DNA from: Burkholderiaceae bacterium
GTDB taxonomy: Bacteria; Pseudomonadota; Gammaproteobacteria; Burkholderiales; Burkholderiaceae_B
NCBI GenBank assembly: GCA_021208885.1
Contig: JAJOJF010000036.1
Location: 13,197-77,196, forward strand
Direction: 5' to 3'
Length of the DNA: 64,000 bases
The translations under genes and the position numbers were made by a program. The notes beneath the pieces were generated by a model. It was not told the DNA's origin, searched no databases, and saw nothing but the letters and a program-made list of their open reading frames with translations. Positions 1 to 11,947 of this stretch are shown in pieces. Position 1 is the first letter of the stretch, and each line of letters starts with the position of its first letter.

Positions 1-421
1 GAATGGTCAGCCACGAATTGAGAATGACTTTGGCATCACGCTCGGGGTTTGGGGTGTGCCGCAAGGACCATATTTGGTCCTGCCGTTCTTGGGAGCAAGT
101 ACCGTCAGAGACGGCGTGGGAACAGGCGTGGACTTTGTGGGCAACCAGCTAGATACGATTGGCCAAATACCGAATGTTCGCTTGCGTAACTCACTATGGG
201 GTCTTGAAGTCGTGGTTCGCCGAGAGGCTTTGCTCACTGTGTCTGAGACGGTCGATCGCACGGCGCTTGATCCGTATAGCTTTATACGCGATGCCTACTT
301 GCAGCGTCGTGCAGCAATGGTCGCTGGGGACCCAGACGCTCAAGATTTGCCGGATTACGAGGATTACGCCGATGTTGAGGCTGATGAAAAAGCGCTTGGC
401 ATCAGTCAGGAGAAGGATTGA
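1..421 (+). CDS. mlaA: MlaA/VacJ lipoprotein, 5'-truncated by window edge
   Basis: Frame +2 open from base 2: ENDFGITLGVWGVPQGPYLVLPFLGASTVRD and DPYSFIRDAYLQRR motifs; upstream of mlaC. Confidence 0.92.
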   Translation, partial: NGQPRIENDFGITLGVWGVPQGPYLVLPFLGASTVRDGVGTGVDFVGNQLDTIGQIPNVRLRNSLWGLEVVVRREALLTVSETVDRTALDPYSFIRDAYLQRRAAMVAGDPDAQDLPDYEDYADVEADEKALGISQEKD

Positions 422-1095
422 TGATTAGCTCGACAGTTTGCAAAAGCTCAGCCGATAACTGGGGCTGGGCGAAATGGGCGCAGACAGCCGCATTGTTGTT
501 GGCGAGCTTGATGTTTTGTCTGAATGCTGGGGCTTCAGCCAAGCCCAATCCACAAGATGATCCACCAAAGTTCGTGCAAGATGTTGCCGATGAACTTTTG
601 GTGGTTCTAAAAAATGACCCGCAGGTCAGACAACAAAATATGGCGCGGATTAACGAGGTTGTCGAGCAGTACATCATGCCCTACATCGACTTCGAGCGCA
701 CCACGCGATTAGCTGCGGGCAAGTACTGGCGCCAAGCCACTGCAGAGCAGCGCGAGGGTTTGACAGCCGCTTTTAAAAATACGTTGATTCGTACCTATAG
801 TGGGGCGTTGACCAAGGTCGATAACGGGACGAATATGGAGGTTTTGCCATTTCGTGCGGAAGCAGACGCCAAGGATGTGGTGGTCCGCTCAAACGTAGTG
901 CAGGTTGCCAACTCCCAACCCATCCGTGTTGACTATCGTCTTCGTCTGGAACCTGAGGGTTGGCGCATCTACGACATTAATGTAGAGAATGTCTGGCTTA
1001 TCCAAAACTATCGCAATCAATTTGAGCAGGAAATCAATCGGTCAGGCATTGATGGTTTGATCACAGCGCTGAATGAGCGCAACTCACAAAACTAG
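421..1095 (+). CDS. mlaC: MlaC/Ttg2D phospholipid-binding periplasmic protein
   Basis: Signal peptide; IDFERTTRLAAGKYWRQA, WRIYDINVENVWLIQNYRNQF motifs. Confidence 0.92.
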   Translation: MISSTVCKSSADNWGWAKWAQTAALLLASLMFCLNAGASAKPNPQDDPPKFVQDVADELLVVLKNDPQVRQQNMARINEVVEQYIMPYIDFERTTRLAAGKYWRQATAEQREGLTAAFKNTLIRTYSGALTKVDNGTNMEVLPFRAEADAKDVVVRSNVVQVANSQPIRVDYRLRLEPEGWRIYDINVENVWLIQNYRNQFEQEINRSGIDGLITALNERNSQN

Positions 1096-1098
1096 AAC

Positions 1099-1899
1099 AT
1101 GTCATCAGCAGCAATCGAGTTTGATCACGTCCATAAAATCTACCAGCCTGCAGCAAAACATTGGTGGCAACGCTTCGCTAAGTCTATGCCTAGCGAAGGG
1201 TTCAAGGCGCTCAATGATGTCAATTTGCGGGTGGAATATGGCGAGTTTTTTGGGTTGCTCGGTCCTAATGGTGCCGGCAAAACTTCTCTGATATCTATTC
1301 TTGCAGGCCTTTCATACGCCACTGAAGGTCGGGCTCGCGTTTGTGGCCATGACGTCGTTGATGATTTCCGTGCATCACGTCGCGCGCTAGGCGTGGTCCC
1401 CCAGGAACTGGTGTACGACCCCTTCTTCACCGTCATGGAAACATTGCGTATACAGTCTGGCTACTTTGGGCTGCGGCGCAACGATGACTGGATTGAGGAA
1501 GTACTGCATAACCTCGGGCTTTCAGACAAGATGCATGCCAACATGCGAGCGCTGTCCGGTGGCATGAAACGCCGAGTATTAGTTGCTCAAGCGCTCGTGC
1601 ATCGACCGCCTGTGATTGTGCTTGACGAGCCTACAGCCGGGGTCGATGTTGATTTGCGCCGAAGCCTCTGGGAATTTATATCGCGACTGAATCAAGAAGG
1701 CCACACGATTCTCTTGACTACTCACTATCTTGAAGAGGCGGAGGCTCTTTGCGGGCGCATTGCAATGCTAAAGCGTGGACGTATTGTCGCGTTAGACACA
1801 ACCGACGCTCTCTTGGCGCGTGTCGGTGGCGCAGGGCTTGAAGAGGCTTTTGTCCAAATCATGCGCCAGGAGAACCAGACGGCTGGGGCTGCGCCATGA
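1099..1899 (+). CDS. ABC-2 type transporter ATP-binding protein (YadG-like)
   Basis: Walker A GPNGAGKT, signature LSGGMKRR, Walker B IVLDEP, H-loop TTHY. Confidence 0.92.
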   Translation: MSSAAIEFDHVHKIYQPAAKHWWQRFAKSMPSEGFKALNDVNLRVEYGEFFGLLGPNGAGKTSLISILAGLSYATEGRARVCGHDVVDDFRASRRALGVVPQELVYDPFFTVMETLRIQSGYFGLRRNDDWIEEVLHNLGLSDKMHANMRALSGGMKRRVLVAQALVHRPPVIVLDEPTAGVDVDLRRSLWEFISRLNQEGHTILLTTHYLEEAEALCGRIAMLKRGRIVALDTTDALLARVGGAGLEEAFVQIMRQENQTAGAAP

Positions 1900-2690
1900 G
1901 GCAAACATCCCCATTGGTTCAGCCAAGCCAAAGCCGATCAGGTTTCTATACGCTGCTCTACAAAGAGCTGCTGCGGTTTTGGCGCGTGGCATTTCAGACC
2001 ATCGCCGCACCGGTAATGACTGCCCTGTTGTACCTGATCGTGTTTGTGCAGGTGCTGCAAGATCGGGTGAAGGTCTATGATGCGATCCCGTACACTGAGT
2101 TTTTGATTCCGGGTTTGATGATGATGAGCATGCTGCAAAACGCATTCGCAAATCCATCATCTTCTTTGATTCAAAGTCGGGTGACAGGCAACTTGGTATT
2201 CGTGTTGCTTACACCGATTTCAACACGCGAGTTTTTTGCTGCTTATGTCTTGGCGGCAGTTGTCCGTGGCTTGGCAGTGGGCCTAACGGTTTGGCTCGTT
2301 GCGATGCTGTTTATACCGATCCCGGTCACATCCATTATCTGGGTGTTGGTTTTTGGTGTGCTCGGCAGCGCCACGCTGGGCATTCTGGGGTTGATTGCCG
2401 GTCTTTGGTCAGAGAAGTTTGATCAGATGGCTGCGTTTCAGAATTTTTTAATCATGCCATTGACTTTTTTGTCGGGCGTGTTTTATTCGGTGCATAGTCT
2501 GCCGCCGTTTTGGCAGGATGTCTCCCATTGGAACCCGATTTTTTATACCATTGACGGTTTCCGGTACGGCTTTTTTGGTGTCTCGGACAGTTCGCCCTGG
2601 CTTAGCTTGGCGGTTGTGTTCGGGTTCTTTGTAGCCTTGACCGTGATTGCAATTCGGCTGCTTGATAGTGGCTACAAACTTCGAACCTAG
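1896..2690 (+). CDS. ABC-2 type transporter permease (YadH-like)
   Basis: About six TM helices; FLSGVFYS...NPIFYTIDGFRYGF...GYKLR; 4-bp overlap with the ATPase gene. Confidence 0.9.
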   Translation: MRQTSPLVQPSQSRSGFYTLLYKELLRFWRVAFQTIAAPVMTALLYLIVFVQVLQDRVKVYDAIPYTEFLIPGLMMMSMLQNAFANPSSSLIQSRVTGNLVFVLLTPISTREFFAAYVLAAVVRGLAVGLTVWLVAMLFIPIPVTSIIWVLVFGVLGSATLGILGLIAGLWSEKFDQMAAFQNFLIMPLTFLSGVFYSVHSLPPFWQDVSHWNPIFYTIDGFRYGFFGVSDSSPWLSLAVVFGFFVALTVIAIRLLDSGYKLRT

Positions 2691-2703
2691 TGGAGCACGA
2701 CGG

Positions 2704-2946
2704 ATGTTGCCAACACCAGAGGACATCAAGAAATATATTAGTGCAGGTCTTGCCTGTGAGCATCTCGAGGTCTCGGGAGATGGTGCGCATTTTGAGGCGG
2801 TGATAGTCAGTCCTGCGTTTGAGGGCAAGCGCCTGATCGCTCGGCACCAGTTAGTCTATGCTGCATTGGGCGATCGCATGCGTGACGAAATCCATGCTTT
2901 GTCAATGAAGACCCTCACGCCCAACGAGTTCAAGGCACAAGCCTGA
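2704..2946 (+). CDS. BolA/IbaG family protein
   Basis: ATG at 2704; [32 protein letters not shown]...IHALSMKT; conserved position before murA. Confidence 0.92.
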   Translation: MLPTPEDIKKYISAGLACEHLEVSGDGAHFEAVIVSPAFEGKRLIARHQLVYAALGDRMRDEIHALSMKTLTPNEFKAQA

Positions 2947-4214
2947 TGGATCGATTGTTGATTACTGGCGGTAAGCCGCTGGCTGGCGAGGTGGAGATTT
3001 CTGGTGCCAAGAATGCGGCATTGCCGATATTGTGTGCTTCGTTGCTGACTGCGGATACGCTGGTGTTGGGCAACGTCCCACGGCTCAAGGATGTCGACAC
3101 GACGATCAGATTGCTTGAGCAACTCGGGGTTGTGATCAAACGGGATGCGCAAGAGGGTATTGAGCTGACCGCAAGCAAGCTTGACTCGCTAGAAGCATCG
3201 TATGACCTTGTCAAGACCATGCGAGCATCCATTTTGGTGCTCGGTCCGCTCGTGGCTCGCTTTGGGCAGGCGCGCGTGAGTCTGCCCGGAGGTTGTGCCA
3301 TTGGTCAGCGACCGGTTGATCAGCATATCCGGGGGCTGCAGGCGCTCGGAGCGGAGATCACCATTGAGCATGGCTATGTCGTGGCCAAAGCCAAGCGGTT
3401 AAAAGGTGCGGTGATCCGCACCGATATGGTCACGGTGACCGGCACAGAGAACCTGCTCATGGCAGCTGTTCTTGCTGAGGGCACTACCGTGCTTGAAAAC
3501 GCCGCGCGCGAGCCCGAGGTGGTCGACCTCGCCGAGCTTCTAATCAAAATGGGTGCCAAAATTTCTGGTCATGGCACTGATCGAATCGTTGTTCAAGGTG
3601 TTGATCGTTTGCATGGCGCGCAATACGAGGTCATGCCTGATCGCATTGAGGCAGGCAGTTTCCTTTGCGCTGTCGCAGCCACCGGCGGCCAGATCCGGCT
3701 ATCAGGGGCAGCGCCGTCTACAATGGGGGCAACGCTAAGCAAACTTGCCCAGGCTGGGTTGCAGCTTGAGGTGGGCAACGATTTCATTCTGGCCAGCATG
3801 CAAAGCCGCCCCAAGTCAGTTGATATACGTACGCACGAATATCCTGGGTTTGCGACCGATATGCAGGCACAGTTCATGGCCTTAAATACAGTGGCTGTAG
3901 GAACCGCTGTTGTGGTGGAAACGATATTCGAGAATCGTTTTATGCACGTTCAGGAGCTAATCCGCTTGGGCGCCGACATTGAAATTGACGGCCATACGGC
4001 GGTCGTCAGAGGCGTTGAGTCCTTGTCTGGCGCAACGGTCATGGCCACTGACTTACGGGCATCAGCGAGTCTGGTCATTGCCGGCCTGAAAGCTGAAGGT
4101 CAAACTGTAATCGAACGTATCTACCATCTCGACCGTGGCTATACGAACATGGAAGTTAAATTAAGACAGCTTGGCGCTCAGATTGAGCGACTTTCATCAC
4201 GGAGTCCGGCATGA
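2946..4214 (+). CDS. murA: UDP-N-acetylglucosamine 1-carboxyvinyltransferase
   Basis: [20 protein letters not shown] (catalytic Cys), [16 protein letters not shown]. Confidence 0.98.
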   Translation: MDRLLITGGKPLAGEVEISGAKNAALPILCASLLTADTLVLGNVPRLKDVDTTIRLLEQLGVVIKRDAQEGIELTASKLDSLEASYDLVKTMRASILVLGPLVARFGQARVSLPGGCAIGQRPVDQHIRGLQALGAEITIEHGYVVAKAKRLKGAVIRTDMVTVTGTENLLMAAVLAEGTTVLENAAREPEVVDLAELLIKMGAKISGHGTDRIVVQGVDRLHGAQYEVMPDRIEAGSFLCAVAATGGQIRLSGAAPSTMGATLSKLAQAGLQLEVGNDFILASMQSRPKSVDIRTHEYPGFATDMQAQFMALNTVAVGTAVVVETIFENRFMHVQELIRLGADIEIDGHTAVVRGVESLSGATVMATDLRASASLVIAGLKAEGQTVIERIYHLDRGYTNMEVKLRQLGAQIERLSSRSPA

Positions 4215-4873
4215 CAGAACCCGCGGCTCGCCCCGTGACTCTTGCTCTTTCTAAGGGTCGGATATTCGAGGAAACCTTGCCACTGCTGAAAGCCGCTGGC
4301 ATTAATGTGTCTGAAGACCCAGAAAAGTCACGCAAACTTATTATTAGTACCGACCGGCCTGATGTGCGCTTGATTATCGTGCGGGCCTCCGACGTGCCGA
4401 CGTATGTCGAGTACGGCGCGGCAGATCTGGGTATCGCTGGCAAGGATGTTCTCATTGAGCACGCGGCAACTCACCCGGGTGCACTTTACCAGCCGATTGA
4501 TTTGCAAATCGCTCGCTGCAAGCTTTGCGTGGCCGTGCCCCGTGGATTTGATTATGAAGCAGCGGTGCGTCAAGGTGCACGGCTGCGCGTGGCCACCAAA
4601 TACGTTTGTGCTGCGAGGGAACATTTCGCGCGCAAAGGGGTCTACGTTGATCTGATCAAGCTTTATGGCTCGATGGAGTTGGCCCCGTTAATCGGCTTGG
4701 CTGACGCCATCGTGGACCTGGTTTCGACCGGCAATACGCTGAAGGCCAACAATCTGGTGGCCGTTGAGGACATCATGCCGATCTCTTCGCGATTGATTGT
4801 GAACCGCGCGGCACTAAAAACCCGACAGGGCCAATTGCAGCCGATCATCGATGCCTTCGAGCAGGCTAGCTAA
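4211..4873 (+). CDS. hisG: ATP phosphoribosyltransferase, short form (needs HisZ)
   Basis: [40 protein letters not shown]; 220 aa. Confidence 0.96.
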   Translation: MTEPAARPVTLALSKGRIFEETLPLLKAAGINVSEDPEKSRKLIISTDRPDVRLIIVRASDVPTYVEYGAADLGIAGKDVLIEHAATHPGALYQPIDLQIARCKLCVAVPRGFDYEAAVRQGARLRVATKYVCAAREHFARKGVYVDLIKLYGSMELAPLIGLADAIVDLVSTGNTLKANNLVAVEDIMPISSRLIVNRAALKTRQGQLQPIIDAFEQAS

Positions 4874-4948
4874 AATCCCTGTTAAGCTCATAGTTGCAAC
4901 CTAGTATTTTTTTGAATTTGATTGTTTTTTTGAATTTCGAGTTGCCTC

Positions 4949-6247
4949 ATGGCCGCCATCACACGACTGACCTCTAAAGACGTTGCGTTTGCTGACAAGT
5001 TGACAAGCTTGCTGCACGTGGACGCGGCCGAAGATGACGCCATTGAGTCCGCAACAGCCAAAATTTTGCAGGCAGTCCGCACTCAGGGCGATGAAGCACT
5101 TCTTGGCTACACCCAACAGTTCGACCGTGTGTTGGCCAAGTCAGTTGCTGAGCTTGAGATCCCTCGTCATGAATGGCTTGCAGCACTTAAAGGGCTGCCC
5201 GGTGAGCAGCGCGAAGCTCTTGAGGCCGCAGCCAGCCGAATTCGTGCTTACCACGAACGCCAGAAGCAGGGCAGCTGGACGTTCACCGAGGCCAACGGTA
5301 CGGTGCTTGGACAGCAAATTACCCCCCTCGATCGGGTGGGTCTTTACGTCCCCGGTGGTAAGGCGGCTTACCCATCGTCTGTTCTGATGAACGTTATCCC
5401 GGCTAAGGTTGCTGGCGTTTCTGAAGTCATCATGGTCACGCCTACCCCTGATGGTCAGCGCAATCCTTTGGTATTAGCGGCTGCGGCCATCGGTGGCGTG
5501 GATCGTGTGTTTGCGGTGGGGGGCGCTCAGGCTGTTGGTGCGTTGGCCTACGGAACTGACACAATTCCTGCGGTTGACAAAATTGTTGGCCCAGGCAATG
5601 CCTATGTGGCCAGTGCCAAACGCCGAGTGTTCGGCAAGGTGGGCATCGACATGATTGCGGGCCCTAGTGAAATCCTTGTCATTTGCGATGGCAAGACGCC
5701 GGCCGATTGGATTGCCATGGATCTTTTCTCGCAGGCCGAGCATGACGAGTTGGCGCAAGCAATATTGTTGTGTCCCGACGCCAGGTTTTTGGATCAGGTG
5801 CAAGACGCGATCGATCGACTGCTGCCGACCATGCCGCGTAGTGAAATTATCACCGCTAGCCTTAAAAATCGTGGCGCGTTAATTGAAGTCGATTCGCTTG
5901 ATGAGGCTTGCGATATCAGCAACCGCATTGCCCCTGAACACCTTGAGGTGTCGGTCGAAGATCCGAAGTCTTTGTTGCCCAAACTAAGGCATGCGGGTGC
6001 GATCTTCATGGGTCGCCACAGCTCCGAGTCGCTAGGCGATTACTGTGCTGGGCCTAACCATGTGTTGCCTACGTCCGGAACGGCGCGGTTTTCTTCGCCC
6101 CTTGGTGTTTATGACTTTCAGAAGCGATCTAGCATTATTGATGTTTCTGCCCAGGGCGCAATTGAGCTTGGCCAGATTGCTCGTGTGTTGGCCGATGGAG
6201 AAGGGTTGCCCGCCCACGCGCAAAGTGCGGCATATCGTATTGCCTGA
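4949..6247 (+). CDS. hisD: Histidinol dehydrogenase
   Basis: [41 protein letters not shown]. Confidence 0.97.
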   Translation: MAAITRLTSKDVAFADKLTSLLHVDAAEDDAIESATAKILQAVRTQGDEALLGYTQQFDRVLAKSVAELEIPRHEWLAALKGLPGEQREALEAAASRIRAYHERQKQGSWTFTEANGTVLGQQITPLDRVGLYVPGGKAAYPSSVLMNVIPAKVAGVSEVIMVTPTPDGQRNPLVLAAAAIGGVDRVFAVGGAQAVGALAYGTDTIPAVDKIVGPGNAYVASAKRRVFGKVGIDMIAGPSEILVICDGKTPADWIAMDLFSQAEHDELAQAILLCPDARFLDQVQDAIDRLLPTMPRSEIITASLKNRGALIEVDSLDEACDISNRIAPEHLEVSVEDPKSLLPKLRHAGAIFMGRHSSESLGDYCAGPNHVLPTSGTARFSSPLGVYDFQKRSSIIDVSAQGAIELGQIARVLADGEGLPAHAQSAAYRIA

Positions 6248-6350
6248 TGTTGTCGATGAGCCGTCAACTCCAGCGCGGTGAGCCCAATAGCCGCTTACAA
6301 TGTGATTTTAAGTGACTGCCTTGCAGTCTTAATGAAGTGCGATCCTGACC

Positions 6351-6938
6351 ATGCGAACCGCCGAAATTATCCGTAACACCAAAGAAACCCAAATTCGGGT
6401 TGTGCTAAACCTTGACGGTACTGGTAAGCAGTCCATTGACACTGGTGTACCGTTTCTGGATCACATGCTCGACCAAATTGCGCGGCACGGTTTGATTGAT
6501 CTTGACATCAAGGCAACAGGTGACCTGCACATTGATGATCATCACACGGTTGAGGATGTTGGCATCACGATTGGCCAAGCTTTAGCCAAAGCGCTTGGCG
6601 ACAAGGCCGGCATTCGCCGTTATGGGCATAGCTATGTGCCGCTCGATGAAGCGCTGTCCCGGGTGGTTATCGACCTGTCAGGGCGGCCAGGCTTGATTTT
6701 TGAGGTGCCGTATACCCGTGCGCGAGTCGGGAACTTTGACGTTGATTTGTCCAGAGAGTTTTTCCAGGGGCTAGTTAACCACGCCTGGATGACCCTGCAC
6801 ATTGACAATCTGCGCGGTATCAACGCCCACCACCAGTGCGAAACTGTGTTCAAGGCCTTCGGCCGTGCGTTGCGGATGGCCGTCGAGCCCGATCCACGCC
6901 AGGCTGGTGCCATTCCTTCGACCAAGGGTGTGCTGTAA
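6351..6938 (+). CDS. hisB: Imidazoleglycerol-phosphate dehydratase
   Basis: [30 protein letters not shown]. Confidence 0.97.
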   Translation: MRTAEIIRNTKETQIRVVLNLDGTGKQSIDTGVPFLDHMLDQIARHGLIDLDIKATGDLHIDDHHTVEDVGITIGQALAKALGDKAGIRRYGHSYVPLDEALSRVVIDLSGRPGLIFEVPYTRARVGNFDVDLSREFFQGLVNHAWMTLHIDNLRGINAHHQCETVFKAFGRALRMAVEPDPRQAGAIPSTKGVL

Positions 6939-6970
6939 ACCGCATTGTTCTGTTGCGCCGAGAAACCAGC

Positions 6971-7612
6971 ATGAAACGGATCGCGATTGTCGAATACGGC
7001 ATGGGCAACTATCACTCTGTTGAGCGGGCCTTGCGCCATGCCGCGCCGGATGCGCATATCCTTTTGACGGGTAAGCCCGATGAAATCCTGGCAGCCGAGC
7101 GGGTGGTTTTGCCTGGCCAGGGTGCCATGGGTGATTGCATGCGCACTTTGCGTGAAGCAGGTTTGCATGAAGTTGTGCTGGAAGTCGCGCGCAGCAAACC
7201 TCTCTTGGGCGTATGCGTGGGTGAACAAATGTTGTTCGAGCGCAGCGAGGAAGGTCCCACTGATTGCTTGGGCCTTTTGCCTGGCGAGGTAAAGCGTTTC
7301 CGTGGCCCGATGTTTGATGAGTCAGCTGGTCACGCCCGCCTCAAAGTCCCGCATATGGGCTGGAACTCGGTCAAACAAGTGCAGTCCCATCCCGTTTGGG
7401 CAGGCATTGCCGACAACACCCCGTTTTATTTTGTGCACAGTTACCATGTGGTTGCCTCTGATGCCTCGGTGGTGTTCGGGCAGGCTAACTACGGTTACGC
7501 TTTTACGTGTGCTGTGGCGCGCGACAATATCTTTGCGGTGCAATTTCACCCTGAGAAGAGTGCTGATGATGGTTTACGCCTGTACCGTAATTTTGTAGAT
7601 TGGAATCCTTAA
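6971..7612 (+). CDS. hisH: IGP synthase glutaminase subunit
   Basis: ATG at 6971; GVCVG nucleophile, PHMGWN, FYFVHSY, QFHPEKS. Confidence 0.96.
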   Translation: MKRIAIVEYGMGNYHSVERALRHAAPDAHILLTGKPDEILAAERVVLPGQGAMGDCMRTLREAGLHEVVLEVARSKPLLGVCVGEQMLFERSEEGPTDCLGLLPGEVKRFRGPMFDESAGHARLKVPHMGWNSVKQVQSHPVWAGIADNTPFYFVHSYHVVASDASVVFGQANYGYAFTCAVARDNIFAVQFHPEKSADDGLRLYRNFVDWNP

Positions 7613-7638
7613 CAACACACAATGAATCACTACCAGTC

Positions 7639-8379
7639 ATGCTACTGATACCTGCAATCGATTTGAAAGACGGTCAATGCGTGCGTTTGCGCCAAGGCGA
7701 CATGGATGATGCCACGGTCTTCTCTGAAGATCCTGTGGAAGTGGCAGAACGCTGGGCTGACCTAGGTGCGAGACGCTTGCATCTAGTGGATCTAAACGGT
7801 GCAGTCGATGGCAGGCCTCGCAACGAGGCCGTTATCCGTGAGATTCTAGAGGCCATGGGTGATGAGGTGCCAGTGCAAATTGGCGGTGGTATTCGTGATT
7901 TGGACACCATCGAACGTTACCTTGATGCAGGAATTTCATACGTCATTATTGGCACAGCAGCCGTTAAAAACCCGGGGTTTTTGCAGGATGCTTGCGGAGC
8001 GTTTCCAGGCAATATCATCGTTGGTCTTGATGCAAAGGATGGGCGCGTTGCCACCGATGGATGGAGCAAGTTGACCAAGCATAGTGTCACTGATCTTGCC
8101 AAGAAATTCGAAGACTATGGAGTTGAGGCAATTATCTATACGGATATTGGTCGCGACGGTATGTTGTCTGGCGTCAACATTGAAGCAACCGTCAAGCTTG
8201 CCCAGCATGTGCGCATTCCTGTGATTGCTTCGGGTGGCATCACTGACATTTCTGACATCGAGAGACTATGTGCGGTTGAAGCCGAAGGCGTCGAAGGCGC
8301 AATCCTTGGACGCAGCATCTATGAAGGCACACTAGATTTTGAAGAGGCGGTCAAGCGGGCCGACGAGCTTTGCCCATGA
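7639..8379 (+). CDS. hisA: ProFAR isomerase
   Basis: ATG at 7639; [37 protein letters not shown]. Confidence 0.97.
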   Translation: MLLIPAIDLKDGQCVRLRQGDMDDATVFSEDPVEVAERWADLGARRLHLVDLNGAVDGRPRNEAVIREILEAMGDEVPVQIGGGIRDLDTIERYLDAGISYVIIGTAAVKNPGFLQDACGAFPGNIIVGLDAKDGRVATDGWSKLTKHSVTDLAKKFEDYGVEAIIYTDIGRDGMLSGVNIEATVKLAQHVRIPVIASGGITDISDIERLCAVEAEGVEGAILGRSIYEGTLDFEEAVKRADELCP

Positions 8380-9194
8380 CTCAGATGAATGAGTCAGTGG
8401 TGGCTTGCGATGGTTTAATGCGCCGCATCATTCCTTGTCTTGATGTTACGGCCGGACGAGTGGTCAAGGGCGTCAATTTTGTAGATCTGATGGATGCGGG
8501 TGATCCGGTTGAAATCGCGCGCCGCTACAACGCCGAGGGCGCTGACGAACTGACGTTTCTTGATATTACGGCGACCAGTGACGATCGTGATTTGATTTTG
8601 CCGATCATTGATGCAGTCGCTTCTGAAGTTTTTATCCCACTGACTGTTGGTGGTGGTGTTAGACAGGTTAGCGATGTGCAGCGGCTGTTAAGTGCCGGTG
8701 CTGACAAGGTTTCGATCAACAGTGCGGCGGTGGCAGATCCAGATCTCATCAAACGCGCTGCGGATTACCACGGTTCCCAGTGCATTGTGATTGCCATCGA
8801 CGCCAGGCGGGTTCCAGGCACACCTGACACCGACCCGCGCTGGGAGGTGTATACCCATGGGGGCCGGCGCGCCACGGGCATCGACGCATTGGAGTGGGCC
8901 CAACGCATGCAGGCCGCGGGCGCCGGTGAGGTGTTGTTAACCAGCATGGATCGCGACGGCACACGCGAAGGGTTTGATTTGTCCTTGACACGCGCAGTCT
9001 CTGACGCCGTCAGCGTTCCGGTGATCGCCTCTGGCGGCGTTGGAACCCTGCAGCATCTTGCAGACGGGGTCACCAAGGGTGGTGCCAACGCAGTGCTAGC
9101 GGCGAGTATTTTTCATTTTGGGCAACACACCATTGATGAGGCGAAGGCATACATGGCTGAGCGCGGCATTCCGGTGCGAGTCAAGCATGGTTAA
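8376..9194 (+). CDS. hisF: IGP synthase cyclase subunit
   Basis: [32 protein letters not shown]; exact start uncertain. Confidence 0.96.
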   Translation: MTQMNESVVACDGLMRRIIPCLDVTAGRVVKGVNFVDLMDAGDPVEIARRYNAEGADELTFLDITATSDDRDLILPIIDAVASEVFIPLTVGGGVRQVSDVQRLLSAGADKVSINSAAVADPDLIKRAADYHGSQCIVIAIDARRVPGTPDTDPRWEVYTHGGRRATGIDALEWAQRMQAAGAGEVLLTSMDRDGTREGFDLSLTRAVSDAVSVPVIASGGVGTLQHLADGVTKGGANAVLAASIFHFGQHTIDEAKAYMAERGIPVRVKHG

Positions 9195-9600
9195 AGAGTC
9201 AAACCTGCCAGCCTGGATCGCTGAGGTCACGTTTGATGAGCAGGGATTAGTGCCTGCCATCGCCCAAGATGCACAAAGCGGGCGGATCTTGATGGTTGCC
9301 TGGATGAACCGAGAGGCGTTAGTGGAAACGGTTCGATCCGGACATGCAGTGTATTTTTCGCGTTCTCGCCAGCAGTTGTGGCACAAGGGAGAGTCATCTG
9401 GCCACACTCAGATTGTCAAAGATGTGCGTCTGGATTGTGACGGTGATGTGATTCTGCTAATAGTCGAACAGATCGGTGACATTGCATGCCATACGGGCCG
9501 TCAAAGCTGTTTTTACCGGCAATTGAAAGAGAATGATGGCACAATGCAATGGCAGTCAGTTGACCCGGTCTTAAAAGACCCCCATGATATTTACAAGTGA
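9187..9600 (+). CDS. hisI: Phosphoribosyl-AMP cyclohydrolase
   Basis: [30 protein letters not shown]. Confidence 0.96.
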   Translation: MVKESNLPAWIAEVTFDEQGLVPAIAQDAQSGRILMVAWMNREALVETVRSGHAVYFSRSRQQLWHKGESSGHTQIVKDVRLDCDGDVILLIVEQIGDIACHTGRQSCFYRQLKENDGTMQWQSVDPVLKDPHDIYK

Positions 9601-9612
9601 CAGAGTCCGGAC

Positions 9613-9960
9613 GTGCAAAACAATCCTGAGATGATTTTGAGTCGCTTGGCTCAAGTGCTGCAAAGCCGCCGCCCTGATCATGGTGGCGACCCAGCCGGCT
9701 CGTATGTGGCAAAGTTGCTCTCAAAGGGTCAGGACGCAATTCTTAAAAAAGTTGGCGAAGAGTCAACTGAATTGGTGATGGCCAGCAAAGACGGTCAGCC
9801 TGATCGGGTGGTGTCTGAGATGGCAGATCTATGGTTTCACTGCCTGGTCTTGTTGACTCATCACGGGCTTGATCCGACCGATGTACTAAACGAACTGGCC
9901 CGCCGTGAGGGGTTGTCGGGCTTGGCGGAAAAGGCTAGCCGAGGCACAGGCAGGGATTAA
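9613..9960 (+). CDS. hisE: Phosphoribosyl-ATP pyrophosphatase
   Basis: [24 protein letters not shown]. Confidence 0.95.
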   Translation: MQNNPEMILSRLAQVLQSRRPDHGGDPAGSYVAKLLSKGQDAILKKVGEESTELVMASKDGQPDRVVSEMADLWFHCLVLLTHHGLDPTDVLNELARREGLSGLAEKASRGTGRD

Positions 9961-9974
9961 TGGGCGAAAAGACG

Positions 9975-10343
9975 ATGAGTGAGAACTGTTTGTTTTGTAG
10001 GATTGTCAAAAAAAACATACCAGCGGATGTTGTGTTTGAAGACGATGAGTTTATTGTCTTTAAGGATATTAATCCGGCCGCTCCCATACACTTGTTGCTG
10101 GTGCCAAAACACCACGTAGTTTCCCTACAGGATATTGGCACCTCTGATAGCGAATGGTTAGGTAGAATGATGGCATTGGTACCGAAGATAGCCTCGGAAA
10201 ACGGTTGCGCTCCCGGTCCGCAAGGGGGATTCCGTTTAGTGGCTAATTCCGGTGCACACGGTGGCCAGGAAGTCGGTCATCTTCATTTTCATATTATGGG
10301 TGGTTCAAGACCCTGGTCGGGTCGGGCAGCACCCAACGCCTAA
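9975..10343 (+). CDS. Histidine triad (HIT) nucleotide-binding protein
   Basis: CLFCRI, DINPAAPIH, GQEVGHLHFHI; alternative ATG at 9960. Confidence 0.93.
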   Translation: MSENCLFCRIVKKNIPADVVFEDDEFIVFKDINPAAPIHLLLVPKHHVVSLQDIGTSDSEWLGRMMALVPKIASENGCAPGPQGGFRLVANSGAHGGQEVGHLHFHIMGGSRPWSGRAAPNA

Positions 10344-10356
10344 GTGGAGAGTTTGA

Positions 10357-10599
10357 ATGGGCACCTTTAGCATTTGGCACTGGTTAATCGTTTTGTTGGT
10401 GGTGGCATTGATTTTTGGCACCAAGAAGTTGCGCAACATTGGTTCAGACCTCGGCGGCGCAGTCAAAGGCTTTAAAGAGGGCATGAAAGAGGCCAACGAT
10501 AAGGCCGATGATGCTGCAACCACGCAGACGCAGCGCGTGGCGTCTGGCGAGACCATCGACGTGCAAGCCAAGGAAAAGTCTGGTTCTCAGTCTTCTTAA
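10357..10599 (+). CDS. tatA: Tat translocase subunit A
   Basis: [12 protein letters not shown]...[14 protein letters not shown]; SD GGAG upstream. Confidence 0.96.
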   Translation: MGTFSIWHWLIVLLVVALIFGTKKLRNIGSDLGGAVKGFKEGMKEANDKADDAATTQTQRVASGETIDVQAKEKSGSQSS

Positions 10600-10674
10600 A
10601 AATAGCTTGTGCGATTCGGCTTGGGCTGATGTGGTCAGTCCGAGCATTCTTGACTTTGTAAAAATAGGCGCTTT

Positions 10675-11130
10675 GTGTTTGATATCAGCTTTACAGAGTT
10701 GATGCTTATTGGTGTAGTCGCGCTGGTCGTCATAGGGCCGGAGCGACTGCCCAAGGTCGCAAAAACTGTCGGCCATCTTTTAGGTCGTGCGCAACGCTAC
10801 GTCAATGATGTCAAAGGTGACATTCAACGTGAGGTTGAGCTCGATGAGCTGCGCAAAATGAAAGAGGAAATGGAGACGGCGGCGCGCTCAATGCAGACAT
10901 CGATGCAGCAGACCGAATCGAGCCTACGCAATCAGTTGCAAAGCCCGGTTAACGATATCAAAAACGAGATTGACGAGTTCAAGAGTGATTTTGAGCCACA
11001 GATGACCTCATCCAAAGAGCAAGCCGACAGCAAGCCGCGATTGTCTGAGAGTCAGCCTGCTGCCTCTCAGGTTCAGCCGTTTGCGGGCGAGCCAGCAATC
11101 AAGTCTGATGTGCCGGAGGCCAAGTCGTGA
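10675..11130 (+). CDS. tatB: Tat translocase subunit B
   Basis: [26 protein letters not shown] (GTG start). Confidence 0.96.
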   Translation: MFDISFTELMLIGVVALVVIGPERLPKVAKTVGHLLGRAQRYVNDVKGDIQREVELDELRKMKEEMETAARSMQTSMQQTESSLRNQLQSPVNDIKNEIDEFKSDFEPQMTSSKEQADSKPRLSESQPAASQVQPFAGEPAIKSDVPEAKS

Positions 11131-11912
11131 GCGAAGCTGATACCGCTACACCTGCTCCACAAGAAGGGTTCATGTCTCATCTTGTTGAGTTGCGTAATCG
11201 TCTGATCAAAGCGGTTATTGCGGTGATGGGGGTGTTTTTTGTCTTGTTCATGTACCCGGGCGCTTCGGTAATTTACGATTTTCTGGCGCAGCCCATGCTT
11301 GCGTCCCTACCACAGGGGACACGAATGATCGCTACCGGCGTCATTACCCCGTTTATGGTGCCAGTCAAAGTAACCTTACTAGCGGCCTTCGTTCTCGCTT
11401 TGCCATACGTCCTATATCAGGCGTGGGCATTTGTGGCGCCAGGTCTTTATCGCCATGAACAAAAGCTGGCTTTGCCTCTGATCGTGTCGAGCTCTCTGCT
11501 GTTTTTGGTTGGCATGGCATTTTGTTATTTCATTGTGTTCAACACGGTGTTTGCTTTCATCACGTCGTTTGCACCTCAGTCAATTACGCCAGCGCCCGAT
11601 ATTGAGGCCTATTTAAGTTTTGTGATCACGATGTTCATCGCGTTTGGGGTCACTTTTGAAGTGCCAGTTGCCGTGGTTTTGTTGGTGCGCATGGGCATCA
11701 TGAGTGTCGAGAAGCTGCGTGACATTCGAGGGTATGTCGTTGTCGCAGCGTTCGTCATTGCCGCCGTAGTCACACCACCGGACGTTATTAGCCAGTTCAT
11801 GCTCGCTGTGCCGCTGTGGGTGCTGTATGAAGTTGGGTTGCTATTAGCGACGCGAGTAAAGCCGCGCCAACAGGACGACGAAGAATCAGAAGACAGTGGT
11901 AAGCAGGCTTAA
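11127..11912 (+). CDS. tatC: Tat translocase subunit C
   Basis: [28 protein letters not shown]. Confidence 0.97.
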   Translation: MSEADTATPAPQEGFMSHLVELRNRLIKAVIAVMGVFFVLFMYPGASVIYDFLAQPMLASLPQGTRMIATGVITPFMVPVKVTLLAAFVLALPYVLYQAWAFVAPGLYRHEQKLALPLIVSSSLLFLVGMAFCYFIVFNTVFAFITSFAPQSITPAPDIEAYLSFVITMFIAFGVTFEVPVAVVLLVRMGIMSVEKLRDIRGYVVVAAFVIAAVVTPPDVISQFMLAVPLWVLYEVGLLLATRVKPRQQDDEESEDSGKQA

Positions 11913-11947
11913 CGTCACGTCGGTCTAGAGGTTTGTGGTGACTGATA

